The position numbers and the translations under genes were made by a program. Below, piece after piece: positions 1 through 10,959 of a DNA stretch of 64,000 nt. Source of the stretch: Macrostomum hystrix (taxonomy: Eukaryota; Animalia; Platyhelminthes); assembly GCA_950097015.1 (NCBI GenBank), contig CATNEN010000030.1:2046001-2110000 (forward strand), given 5' to 3'. The notes under the pieces were generated by a model. The model saw only the letters and a list, made by a program, of their open reading frames with translations. It was not told the DNA's origin and did not search any database. Position 1 is the stretch's first letter. Each line of letters opens with the position of its first letter.

Positions 1-3000
1 GAAGTTATCCCTAGTCCCGATGACGTGCTGGTCCAGATGCGTCTCCGGCGGCAAATGTATGCGGTCCTCGTTAAACATTAGCTTGCGAATGCTGAAAGTG
101 TAGAATTATGCTTTTGCTTTAGAGCATTGCTGCGATTCTATTGAGCCATCTTGCTGTGATTCTACTGAGCCATCTTGTTGTGATTCTATTGGGCCTTCTT
201 GCTGCGATTCTATTGAGCCATCTTGTTGCGATTCTATTGAGCCATCTTGCTGCGATTCTATTGAGCCATCTTGCTGCGATTCTATTGAGCCAACTTGCTG
301 CGATTCTATTGAGCCATCTTGCTGCGATTCTATTGAGCCATCTTGCTGCGATTCTATTGAGCCATCTTGTTGCGATTCTATTGAGCCATCTTGCTGCGAT
401 TCTATTGAGCCATCTTGTTGCGATTCTATTGAGCCATCTTGTTGTGATTCTATTGGGCCTTCTTGCTGCGATTCTATTGAGCCATCTTGCTGCGATTCTA
501 TTGAGCTAACTTGCTGCGATTCTATTGAGCCATCTTGCTGCGATTCTATTGAGCCAACTTGCTGCGATTCTATTGAGCCATCTTGCTGCGATTCTATTGA
601 GCCATCTTGCTGCGATTCTATTGAGCCATCTTGCTGCGATTCTATTGAGCCATCTTGCTGCGATTCTATTGAGCCATCTTGCTGCGATTCTATTGAGCCA
701 TCTTGCTGCGATTCTATTGAGCCTTCTTGCTGCGATTCTATTGAGCCATCTTGCTGCGATTCTATTGAGCCTTCTTGTTGCGATTCTATTGAGCCTTCTT
801 GCTACGATTCTTACGATCTTCTTGCTGCGATTCTTACGATCTTCTTGCTGCGATTTTAACAAACCTTTTGGATCTGAGAGCCTCTAACTGCAGTTTCACC
901 GTTTTGTTCAATCGGATAAAATACATTTGTACAACAAAGCCAGATTAAGTCTCACCGTCTACACACGCGGTCAAACCAGTCAGTCACTAGCGGCAGTATG
1001 GTGTAGTCCCAGCCAAGCAGGCACAGCACGAACACGCCCTGGCCATAGTTGAACACGGAGTCCAGGAATTCCAATTCAATGTAGACTCCGCTAACGTCCT
1101 CGTTGACAATGCGCCAAATGAGCAGGAATAGGCCAATCAGCATGCTCAGGGTGAACAACAGAAGCATCAGCTGGTACCTGGGAGAAGGTGGTATTGCGGA
1201 TACGCATATCGTGTGAAGTAAAGTACAAACATTCCATTAGAGCCAATCAAGCATCACCTGGCAGTCATGAATTCCTCGTCGGGCACGACGACTTCCTCTC
1301 GCCGAAGTCTTGGACTCCTACGCCGATAATCTATTAATCTGCGGGCACATCTGGCCCGCTCCTCAGCCGACTGGCAGCCGACAGCGCGGGAGCACATTCG
1401 GCGCGACACATAGGCTCTGTGCTGCTGCTGCTGCTGCTGGAACTCGCCGTCCTCCTGTAGATTAGACGAAAATAATAATGTGGACGGACTAAAGCAATTT
1501 ATGTGCTACATTTTCAGTTGGCACATCTCAGTTTCCAAAGTTATGGGATTTTATAGAAGCTAGAATCTCCTATGGCACACGGATATAATCAAGGAGTTAG
1601 TGCAGGTTAAATCAGCAGAGCGCAGCCTTTTATCTATAAAGCTCAGATTAACCTCACAAAAAGACAAAATTTACAACGGAAAATCCTCTGAAGTGAAATA
1701 TGAAAAAAAGAAAAAGTTACTGCATTTCTAGTTGATGGAGGCCTCCATTCCATTTACATAATGCAAGTGTTTGGCCAATCGATAAAACATCAAAGTGAAT
1801 GCCTCCATTCAATTTAGATAATGCAAGTGTTTGGCCAATCGATAAAACATCAAAGTGAATGTCTCCATTCCATTTACATAATGCAAGTGTTTGGCCAATC
1901 GATAAAACATCAAAGTGAATGTCTCCATTCCATTTACATCATGCAAGTGTTTGGCCAATCGATAAAACATCAAAGTGAATGCCTCCATTTCATTTACATA
2001 ATGCAAGTGTTTGGTCAATGCCTCTCTTAAATTTTAAATAAAAAAAGAGGTTTAATTGCAGAGTAAGAAAATTAAGCAACAACACTAGTTTTTATTGCAG
2101 TGCAGGTTGGAATTTAGCATGCATACATTTAGCATTTATAACTAGGTGGGTTAGTAAACAGACTAAACTAAAGTGTTATACATGTGCTAGATCACTGATA
2201 TTTTCAGAGCAGAAAAATGAAATTAACAGTTTTTACCGAATCATCATAATTAGCGTCACTCTGGTTCAATGCCGACCTGTTTGAGAACTTGAGTAAAAAT
2301 AAAATAACAGAACAATGGGTCAGGCAGTATCAATGGTGGGATATTAAAAGAAATGCAATGGTGATTAATTTTAGGCAAATAGATGTGATGATAGGCCTCA
2401 CCTGCACCGTAAAGCTGCTAGCAACAGGGAATCCGTTGCTAGGTGGATCATCTACATGATCCCTTCCAGAAGACTCGTCAGCGAATGAATTATCAGCCGA
2501 ACCAGCTAGAGAGGCGTCCGCGTCCTCATCGGAGGCTGGCAGGCTCTCGTAGCCAGGCCTAGGTTGATAGCTCAGCCGGTGATGCAGCACCAGGGAGGTC
2601 ACAGTGCAGATTAGGCACAGCACCAACACTACTATGGTGAATATGTACTGCGGGTGGAATTAGAGTACAGTTGTTAGGTATTAAACAAATACGAGCTCAA
2701 TAGAAAGGGACCTTTAGACAGAACCGAGCAAGAATTAGAGACGATTCTCTGCGGTGAGAGACGATTTTCTGCTTGTGAGAGACGATTCTCTGCAGTGAGA
2801 GACGATTCTCTACGGTGAGAGACGATTATCTGCGGTAAGAGACAATTCTCTGCGGTGAGAGACGATTCTCTGCGGTGAGAGACGATTCTATGCTTGTGAG
2901 AGACGATTCTATGCTTGTGAGAGACGATTCTCTGGGGTGAGAGACGATTCTCTGCGGTGAGAGACGATTCTCTGGGGTGAGAGACGATTCTATGCTTGTG

Positions 3001-5653
3001 AGAGACGATTCTATGCTTGTGAGAGACGATTCTCTGGGGTGAGAGACGATTCTCTGGGTAGAGAGACGATTCTCTGCGGTGAGAGACGATTCTCTGTGGT
3101 GAGAGACGATTCTCTGCGGTGAGAGACGATTCTCTGTGGTGAGAGACGATTCTCTGCGGTGAGAGACGATTCTCTGGGGTGAGAGACGATTCTCTGGTGT
3201 GAGAGACGATTCTCTGGGGTGAGAGACGATTCTCTGGGGTAAGAGACGATTCTCTGGGGTGAGACCGTGAGAGACGATTCTCTGGTGTGAGAGACAATTC
3301 TCTGCGTTTAGAGACAATTCTGAGGTGAGAGACGATACTCAATCTAGGCTTAGAGACAATTTTATGAAATGAGAGACGATTCTCCTGGATCTTAGGCGAC
3401 TACACAGGGTTAGGATACAACTGTCTAGGATTAAAAATGATTTTTTAGGATAAGGGAATATTTTCTAGTTATAGACGACTAAAGCCTCACCTGTCGCTTG
3501 CCGAACTGGAACGCCGGATCAACGTCTGTAACGGGGCCCGAGTTGGTGGTGGCCAGCAGCATAATCCCAGCTAGGAATGTGGTTACTCTGCAAATCGATA
3601 GAGCATAAATCAGGTAATACGAAAATAGGCTTTATTCATTGCTTTTCTCAAACTGCACTCACCCGAAGCCGCCAAAGAAGAAATAGGCCTTGTATTTTAA
3701 CACGAAGCAAAGGCCGCGCATCCGTAAAAACAGCAGAGAAATGGCCAACACGGCGGTCCATACTCTGGTTCCAATCACGCCAAAGAAGAAGGCCACAAAC
3801 TGCAGCAGGTGCAGCTGATGTCGCGAGTGATCCTGGGGCATAGCCTGGGACAGGACCATGGCCAGACAGGTGACGCAGTGGCAGGAAAGCAGGCTGAGTA
3901 GGAAAATGTGCGGCACACGGAAGGCACGTTTACTCAAGCCCAAGTAGGCCAGGGTTACCGCCTGACAGGCCAGGCTAACCAGGCTGACATTGATTGACGT
4001 GTGACAGATAAACTGGCCATAGTCGGTTGGCTGCATGATTGGCAGCAGGATCAGTCTAGACGAGATGTACATAAGCGGAGCGCACAGGAAGGTGCTGGTG
4101 ACAAGACCGGAGGCTACAAGCTGAGGCGCAGGACTAGCAATAGAGAACTGGACAGTGTAGACAAACACGGTGGGAGCCGGAGGCAAGGCGCCGTACAGAA
4201 AGGCGAATGTCGAATAGGCGAGAGTGTCGTTGGCATCCTGGCCAGGCCTAAAGCTTTGCACTAATTCGCGCATAACAAACGGCGCAATCAATAGTTTAAT
4301 GATCAATATAATGGTTAATCCGAATAGGAGAGAGCCAGAGCGCAGCTGTGCAGTTTTGCCAACCATATTGACGCCCAGGTAGAATAGGGCGGTGGCGCTG
4401 AAAGCGTTGCCAAAGATGGCCAGCACGGAGTCAATGATAGCAGGCAGACTGCGGGAGCAGATGAAGTTGAAAGCGACGCCAAGAGCTGACATGAAAATCA
4501 ATGGATTTAGAAGCACACCCTTGGCGATGCTGCCCATTACAGTAAGGCAGCGCCGGCTACCTCTCCCTGGCTGGCCACCAGCATTCGACTCAGCGATGCT
4601 GCCGGGCTGGTGCTCCGATTGGCCGGAGCTCAGCTGCTCAGGCGAATCAGACAGAGCCCTGTCAATCTCAATCATTATGAATCCGATGGGATTAATAATT
4701 AGAAAGGAGATTGGAGCAAACAGGTACAGGTAGCGCGTGATCGATGGGAACAGGATGTTCACTGAAAGTTTGACGGAGAATTTACTCATGAATTTGTGCT
4801 GCTAAAATGCTATTTCGGGTTTTGATTAAAACGTGACTAGCTTGCTGTATTAGCTAGCTTTCTATTACTTAATTCCTATCTTACCCGATAAGGCTTTGTT
4901 CCGATTCCCAACATGTCCTATCAAACTTTCTTTAATTAATCCTCATCTTGTCCTAACAGACTTTGATTAATTAATCCTCATCTTGTCCTAACAGACTTTG
5001 ATTAATTAATCCTCATCTTGTCCTAACAGACTTTGATTAATTAATCCTCATCTTGTCCTAACAGACTTCGATTAATTAATCCTTATCTTGTCCTATTCGA
5101 CTTCGATAAAGTAATCCCCATCTTGCCCTATTAGATTAATCAGTTGATTACCCTACTGCCATCGTACCAAATCAGTCTATCACCCTACCCATTATTATAT
5201 TCCTCATCAGAATAAGCAAGCCATACTCATAGAATAAAACTCACATATAGGATAGCCTAGCGCAAAATCGTTAGTCTGCGTGCAGAATATGCCCAATATG
5301 CCGGCTAAAGCTAGTCGATGCTCCGAAGCAAGCAGGAAGCTGAACAATGCCACGGAAGCAAACACCAGAGCCTTAGTGGCCAGTATGGAGCCAAGAAAGG
5401 TCCAACTGACGTCAGACAAATCCAGCGTCACCATGAAGCGAAAGATCAATGAAGGCAGAGCAAATGTGCTAACAAAACGGCCCAGACCTTTGGCCTGACT
5501 CTCCGGCAGTAGGCCGGTTCTGCAGGCGACATAGCCGGTGATAATCACTACGAAGCATTGCACAATGGCAGGAAACAGGTGATCGCCGACGCTGCCACCG
5601 GAGAAGCCGCCGCCACCGGCCACACCGGCCCCGCTAGTGTTCATAAACAACAT
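1..5653 (-). CDS. GPR155: GPR155/LYCHOS orthologue (PIN-like transporter domain plus GPCR-like TM domain), 3'-truncated by the window edge; exons 5245-5653, 3663-4761, 3491-3587, 2402-2647, 1258-1454, 956-1177, <1-91
   Basis: All six introns are GT-AG and phase-compatible, giving 787 contiguous codons. Recognisable family motifs: LFPAIVQCFVVIITGY, FCTQTNDFALGYPI, YLYLFAPISFLIINPIGF, LYGALPPAPTVFVY, DPAFQFGKRQ, VSGVYIELEFLDSVFNYGQG. The DEP domain should lie beyond position 1. Confidence 0.93.
128..853. repeat. 24-bp minisatellite (GAGCCATCTTGCTGCGATTCTATT)n, ~30 copies, in a GPR155 intron
   Basis: Directly visible period-24 array; it explains the spurious LSHLAAIL ORFs. Confidence 0.97.
1741..2013. 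repeat. 60-bp tandem repeat, ~4.5 copies, in a GPR155 intron
   Basis: Consecutive 60-nt blocks are nearly identical (GYCTCCATTCCATTTACATAATGCAAGTGTTTGGCCAATCGATAAAACATCAAAGTGAAT). Confidence 0.95.
2737..3385. repeat. 20-bp minisatellite (GAGAGACGATTCTCTGCGGT)n, ~32 units, in a GPR155 intron
   Basis: Visible period-20 array with variant units such as GAGAGACGATTCTATGCTTGT. Confidence 0.96.
4930..5110. repeat. 35-bp tandem repeat (ATTAATTAATCCTCATCTTGTCCTAACAGACTTTG)n, ~5 copies, GPR155 intron 1
   Basis: Visible period-35 array decaying towards the right. Confidence 0.9.
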
Positions 5654-6169
5654 TAAAAAACTGTCCGCACTACTGATGTTAGTAAAGCGAGTGCAAATCG
5701 TTCAAAGCAATTGACGCGGAATGACGAACGTGAGCTGAAAGAAAATGCAATGGTAATAGAACTAGATTAAAGCTAGTGGACGTACAGCCCTATTTTGTAA
5801 ACAGCGGGGACAACTATATCTTAAGTTAAGCAGTAATGATTAAATGTCTTGTCATCATATTTTTACATAGAAATAAAGATTAGGCTAGTTAGGTCAGATG
5901 TACAACTAGAGGTACAGCCGCTAAGGTTGGATAAAAGTGCAAATAACTGGCCAAGCAAGTTTCTCACAACCTTACCGTCTTTAATAAGAAACTCTAACCA
6001 ATGAACTTAACCCTCCACTGCACTAAGTAGAAAATTAAATAAATGTTTTAATATATTTGATTTTTGAAGACGATAAACTTTCCATGTATTTAAAAAGCTA
6101 ATTATGATTCTAATAAAAATTACTAAACCTAATCATGTAATCATGTAATCATATAGTCCAGAAAGCAGA

Positions 6170-6541
6170 TCAGCTCTTCTTTTTCTTCTTATTAGCCAGA
6201 TTGTAGGTGGACTCTTTGCCTCGCAGTTTCCTTAGCCGGTCCATCTCCTCTTGGAAGTCTTTATATTCGTCACGGTAGACGCCAATAGACCGCAGGCTCC
6301 CAAAGATGGTGTAGATGCTATCCAGAGGCGGGTACCACAGGGCCCGCATGCGGCCTGGTGGCATCACAGACAGCCGTTCCGCCACCTTCCGGTCCCTAGC
6401 CGATGTTGGCCGGGAAAAGTCCACAAAGATGCGGCCAGACAGGTAGGCCATGCGCTTCATGTAGGCGCTGCTGGCCACTGAGGACAGTTTTCTGGGCCAT
6501 GCTTTACTGCCTGCTGGCTGATTAGGCTGAAATTCAAGCAT
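6170..6541 (-). CDS. MRPS33: Mitochondrial small-subunit ribosomal protein mS33
   Basis: ORF contains YMKRMAYLSGRIF..FSRPT, WYPP, LRSIGVYRDEYKDFQEEMDRLRKLRGK and a basic tail, matching the mS33 family pattern (RMxxLSxRIFGE..RPT..WYP..LRxLGLYRDEHxDF..E.xRLRxLRGK). The true start codon is uncertain. Confidence 0.92.
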   Translation of the reverse strand: MLEFQPNQPAGSKAWPRKLSSVASSAYMKRMAYLSGRIFVDFSRPTSARDRKVAERLSVMPPGRMRALWYPPLDSIYTIFGSLRSIGVYRDEYKDFQEEMDRLRKLRGKESTYNLANKKKKKS

Positions 6542-6696
6542 TATTTAGGACATTTTAGGTCTTGAACTAATATTCAAGCTCCAGAACTTTTGGCCTGTAT
6601 CCTTCTTGTGCCAGTGCTTTAAAACTAGATTAACGTAATAGGTGGGCCCCAGAGTTTATTTAACCGAAACAAAACTGCAGATTAGGGCATAGCACA

Positions 6697-7105
6697 TCCT
6701 AGCTTGCTAGGATAGAGCTTGGATGCTGGGGTAGAGCTTGCTTGCTAGGATAGAGCTTGGATGCTGGGGTAGAGCTAGCTTGCTAGGATAGAGCTTGGAT
6801 GCTGGGGTAGAGCTAGCTTGCTAGGATAGAGCTTGGATGCTGGGGTAGAGCTAGGTTTCTAGGATAGAGCTAGGGTGCTGGGATAGAGCTAGGGTGCTGG
6901 GGTAGAGCTAGGTTGCTAGGATAGAGTTAGGATGCTGGGATAGAGCTGGGATGCTGGGATAGAGCTAGCTTGCTAGGATAGAGCTAGGATGCTGGGGTAG
7001 AGCTAGGTTTCTAGGATAGAGCTAGGGTGCTGGGATAGAGCTAGGGTGCTGGGGTAGAGTTAGGATGCTGGGATAGAGCTGGGATGCTGGGATAGAGCTG
7101 GGGTT
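6697..7105. repeat. 19-bp/38-bp higher-order minisatellite (GCTAGGATAGAGCTTGGAT / GCTGGGGTAGAGCTAGCTT)
   Basis: Two related 19-mers alternate; the array directly abuts the truncated piggyBac ORF. Confidence 0.9.
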
Positions 7106-7109
7106 TCTA

Positions 7110-8994
7110 CCATCGAGAACATAACGTTTAGGATGAGACACTGATCCTGTACAAGGGGCGACTGCTGTTCAAAACAGTATATTCCAAGCAAGAAAGCGAA
7201 GTATGGGTTTAAGCTGTATTGTCTGATGGAGTCTGTACCAGGGTTTCAGGACCTGTGAAATTTTCAAATGCACTTTGTTGAGGCTGAGCACAGTACATTT
7301 GGAGTCAGTTTGTAATGCCAGGCGCTGTCTATGAGCAAGCATTTTGTTGTTGAGTTAAGCTGGGAACTTCTTGGTGAAGGATATCATATTTTTACAGATA
7401 CCTGGTTCACAATGTACAGACTAGCCACCTACCTACTCAGCAAAATGAATCTGCGCACATGGACTGTTTGCAAAGACCATGGAGTTCCTAGAAAACTGCA
7501 AGACCAATTTGTTGGCATGCTGGGTCGGGCATTCATAAGATACAAATCCATTCTCACTGAAGCTAGTGGACAAAAAATCCTCTGGGACAAAGGTAGTCCA
7601 CCTTCTGGACACAAGTGTTGTGAGCTGCGTCTCATAACGACCTTGCCCCGACCCCTGCGTCTCCAGCCCTTCCACCCCAGCCGCCTGCTCAATCCGGTTC
7701 TGCCCGGCCCCGGCTTAGGCCACCCTCCGTTGGCGTGTTTGTCGTTTGTCATTCGCCCATTGGCTGTCCCCTGTGCCGTCCTCGCTAGTCCAATCAGGCC
7801 TCTCGCCAAGGAGGCTTCTGATTGGCTAGCCGGTCTCCTTCTCTCTCTCTCTCGGCTTGCAGCCGACCCCAGCCCAGCCCTGTTTGCTACCACCCCAGCC
7901 CTGCGTGGCTTAGCCCTACCCCGTCCAGCCCTATGCCCTCGCCCCACCCCACGCTGTTATTTATTTGCGCGCGCTGCCCGTGGCCAGCCCCCGCGCCTCC
8001 AGAGTACTAGGGCGAGAACGTTGGCGAAGCTAATACAACATTAGAAAGTAGAATCCATAATAAACGACGCAGCCTGAAGCACAATTTATTGCATGAGTTC
8101 CAGGTTCAACCCCTCCCGGTAAGAAAAGCATTCACGCGTTATTTATTTCTTTATTATCGAATCTTGTTCCTCTGCACAACCTCGGCTGCTGCCAAAAACT
8201 CACCATCATCCTTCTCCTCCAGAGTCTTCCTCGAGTCTGCGAAGTGTCGGTACGCTTCCAGACCATCATCTACCTCTCTCTTGGGCTGTCGAGTGGCTAC
8301 CCGCTCGCAGTCAAAACCTTCAGTCAGGGCTTAGCGAGTGTCGGTACGCTCCAAGTCCATCCCGTCTCTCCTCGGAGTGTCTGGACGCCTCGAGGGTCGC
8401 TGCTTTCCCCCCCTCTACCCCGGCAAGCTTTGGGCGGTCCGTACCCGAACCCCCACTACCGCGTTGGCGAACTGCCGACAATACGAAAGAATTACAACAC
8501 AAGTATGCCTGCTGCCTGCATTGACATTCACAGATTTTTTTGCGGTGGCGCAATTGAACAAATCCCAAAGCTAACAGCTGTTGTCAAGTACAATTGCAAC
8601 ATGGGTAGAATGGACTGACTCGATGCTTCCATGCACAGGTACCATCCAAATTGAAATTCATATAAATGGATTTTGTACAAGAAGCCTGGTGGGACATCTA
8701 AGTTACTTCCTTTTCTAGAGAACTGCATCAAGATGCTGGTTGCAGACTCTGGACCAGGACACTCATGGACACCACCCCAGACTAGGATATTACTGCAGGC
8801 TGCCAATCAAGTTCATTTCACCCATGAGACTCCCACCAACTGAAGCATAGGCTTGACCAAGCAAATGCTGCCAAATGTGCTTAATGGTTCCAGGCATTCC
8901 TACTAAGAAAACTGTGTTCTGTTGCACTATATGTCATAACAATCCTGGTCTTTGCCGAAATCCATGTTTCCAAATCTGGCACAAGACTTGGTGA
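7110..8994 (+). mobile_element. Decayed piggyBac-family DDD transposase, 5'-truncated, with frameshifts and stops, interrupted by a solo LTR
   Basis: Translated pieces: DETLILYKGRLLFK/QYIPSKKAKYGFKLYCL, GYHIFTDTWFT (second catalytic D), AVVKYNCNMGRMD*LD (third D) and a C-terminal Cys-rich domain CCQMC..FCCTICHNNPGLCRNPCFQIWH. No terminal inverted repeats were found. Confidence 0.9.
7616..8499. mobile_element. Solo LTR (884 bp) inserted in the piggyBac relic
   Basis: Begins TGTTGTGA and ends TTACAACA (TG...CA with a 7/8 inverted match). Flanked by a 4-bp direct repeat CAAG (7612-7615 and 8500-8503). Has an AATAAA near 8058 and no retroviral coding sequence. Confidence 0.8.
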
Positions 8995-9074
8995 AGCAAA
9001 AAATAACTGGTCTAATATTAATTACTGTCTAAAAGACAAGTTTCTTGCATTCTTGCATTCTTGCAACAGTAAAT

Positions 9075-10959
9075 GGGTCATTCCACGAGAAAAGGACACA
9101 ATAGGAAAAAATTATAACTAATGTAGAAGCACCAAACTTGCTTAAAGTGCTTACTAAGAGTCTTTAGTTTATGTTTTTAATGAATATTAATGAAGGTATG
9201 GCATTTTTTGTTATTTTTGCTACTTCAAAGTCTAATTACATGCATAATTCTGAATAGGCATGCTGATAGGTATAAAGTTTTAGGCTTTGCAATTTAATAG
9301 TTACTTGTTATAGAAGCCCTTTTCTTGCATGGAACTAATGTTTGGGTATATAAAAGTCTAATAGAATGTTTTTAGCAGTTTAAACATAGCTTGAATGGTA
9401 CCTATTAAACTGTATAATTAGTATGTATTTTATGTGTTACGACCAGGATGTGGAAACTTAAAAAGTTTTTCTTTAGACTGTCTCTTTAAAAAAATTACCA
9501 ACAGGAATGTTTTTTAACTGAAGCACATATTGATTGATATGATACAGAAGTATTGAAACATTTTGATTGCATTTTGTACATATATTTTATGTCTAAAGTC
9601 AGGTTACGACCAGGATATCCCGGTCGTAACATGGTCGTAACACAATTATATCATTTGGGTCATTCCAGATAAGGACAGTTGTAACATGTCACTATATATT
9701 GGTTATTTTTTCCTAATAGGCAATTTGAAACAAAAAACATAATGGTCTTGAAAGCACCTTGAATGGTCTTTCATTTGCAAAAACAGTTGGCACAAATTCA
9801 AAATACCAACAGAGATATTTTTATTATAGCCAAGTGACTTAAATTCATCATGGTAAAGCTATCAAAAGAAGTCAAGTGTGACTATAGGATTCGGAAGGGA
9901 GACGAGTTACGTGAGAAGGAGAAGAGGAATTGGGATAGGAGGATTGAGGCGAAGAAGGACCCTGCAAAGATTGAGAAGCAGCGGAAGCAAGCTCTAGCTT
10001 GGATGCAAGCCATGCGGAAGAGGCGGCGTGAACTGGTGGAACAGCAGCAGCAGGAGGCTGAGTCGCTAGAGAGCAGCACCTACAGCAGCAGCAAAACACT
10101 CAATCATGCTGTGAATCGGTAAGTTGGCATTTGGATTTGACTACTTCAGGTAGTATCTTTGTAGCTAGTGTAGTCTAGATATTTTTGTAAAACATTACCA
10201 TTTATTTCTTTCACTCTAGCGCCTGGGTCTTCCAAGATCACCAGGTTACCAGTGCGAAGTCATCCGCCAGCTTGCCAACAAGCTTGGCATGGAGCTAGGT
10301 GGGTCCTGGTTGACTATGACGGCGAGATCTTCCCTGACCAGATTGTGAAGATCTGGCAGCTGGAGGACACTGGGAAGTTTGAGTACAAAGTGAATGTGAT
10401 GTAAAAAGAGGCAACACGAACTACGCCTGGCCAAAATCCAAGGACTGTATTTACTACCCACTGGCTGATATCCCAAAGCTGCTGGACCCCCCCTGTGCCC
10501 TTGGATGCCCGCAGCGACTTCAAGTTTAACTTATGACTGCATGTGACTGCAAGGAGACAAAGAAGTTACAACCGGGATGTGACAACCAGGATATTAAAAA
10601 ATAGAGTTAAAAAAATCTAAAGTACTACAACAGAAGCAAATCACATAGCTTACCTATTGTTCTATTTCATTATAACATATTGTTGTCACTCGCCTGTTGT
10701 TCCAATTAATACATTCAGTAAAATTTTAGTTTACTTTAAAAAATGTGATCTACATTTTCATTTGTTATGACCAGGATGTGAATGTTTTGTTAATTATTCT
10801 CCTAGTAAAACAACTTTTTGTGCCAACTGTTTTTGCAAACGAAAGACTAGACTGTGCTTTCAAGACCATATGTTTTTTGTTTCAAATTCTTTTGCCTATA
10901 AGGAAAAAAATAACCATTATATAGTGACATGTTACAACTGTCCTTATCTGGAATGACCC
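9075..10959 (+). mobile_element. Larger composite element using a second left end GGGTCATTCC at 9075
   Basis: AAAT lies at 9071-9074 and again at 10960-10963, a perfect 4-bp TSD. Segment 9075-9656 shares the GTTAYGACCAGGAT motif with the inner element. Confidence 0.6.
9657..10959 (+). mobile_element. Non-autonomous TIR DNA transposon, probably Sola2-like, internally deleted
   Basis: ~140-bp imperfect TIRs (9657-9795 and 10817-10959) start GGGTCATTCCAGATAAGGACAGTTGTAACATGTCACTATATA. The internal relic ORF (9850 onward, intron ~10119-10220) joins an N-terminal KELREKEKR..SSKTLNHAVNR/LPRSP..VIRQLANKLG segment to a C-terminal WVLVDYDGEIFP..YKVNVM..WPKSKDCIYYPLADI..LDPP segment. The family call rests on GRG termini and recalled motifs. 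Confidence 0.7.

Noticed and set aside
141-887. Repetitive ORFs (LSHLAAIL, RLNRIAA) and similar ORFs at 2674-3342, 36658-37791, 41327-42455 and 43583-44565
   Set aside because: They are translations of stop-free minisatellites inside introns or a Helitron, often open in several frames, with no splice or start context.
6007-6030. TTAA|CCCTCC as a piggyBac left terminus
   Set aside because: I found no matching inverted end, and MRPS33 lies between it and the transposase relic.
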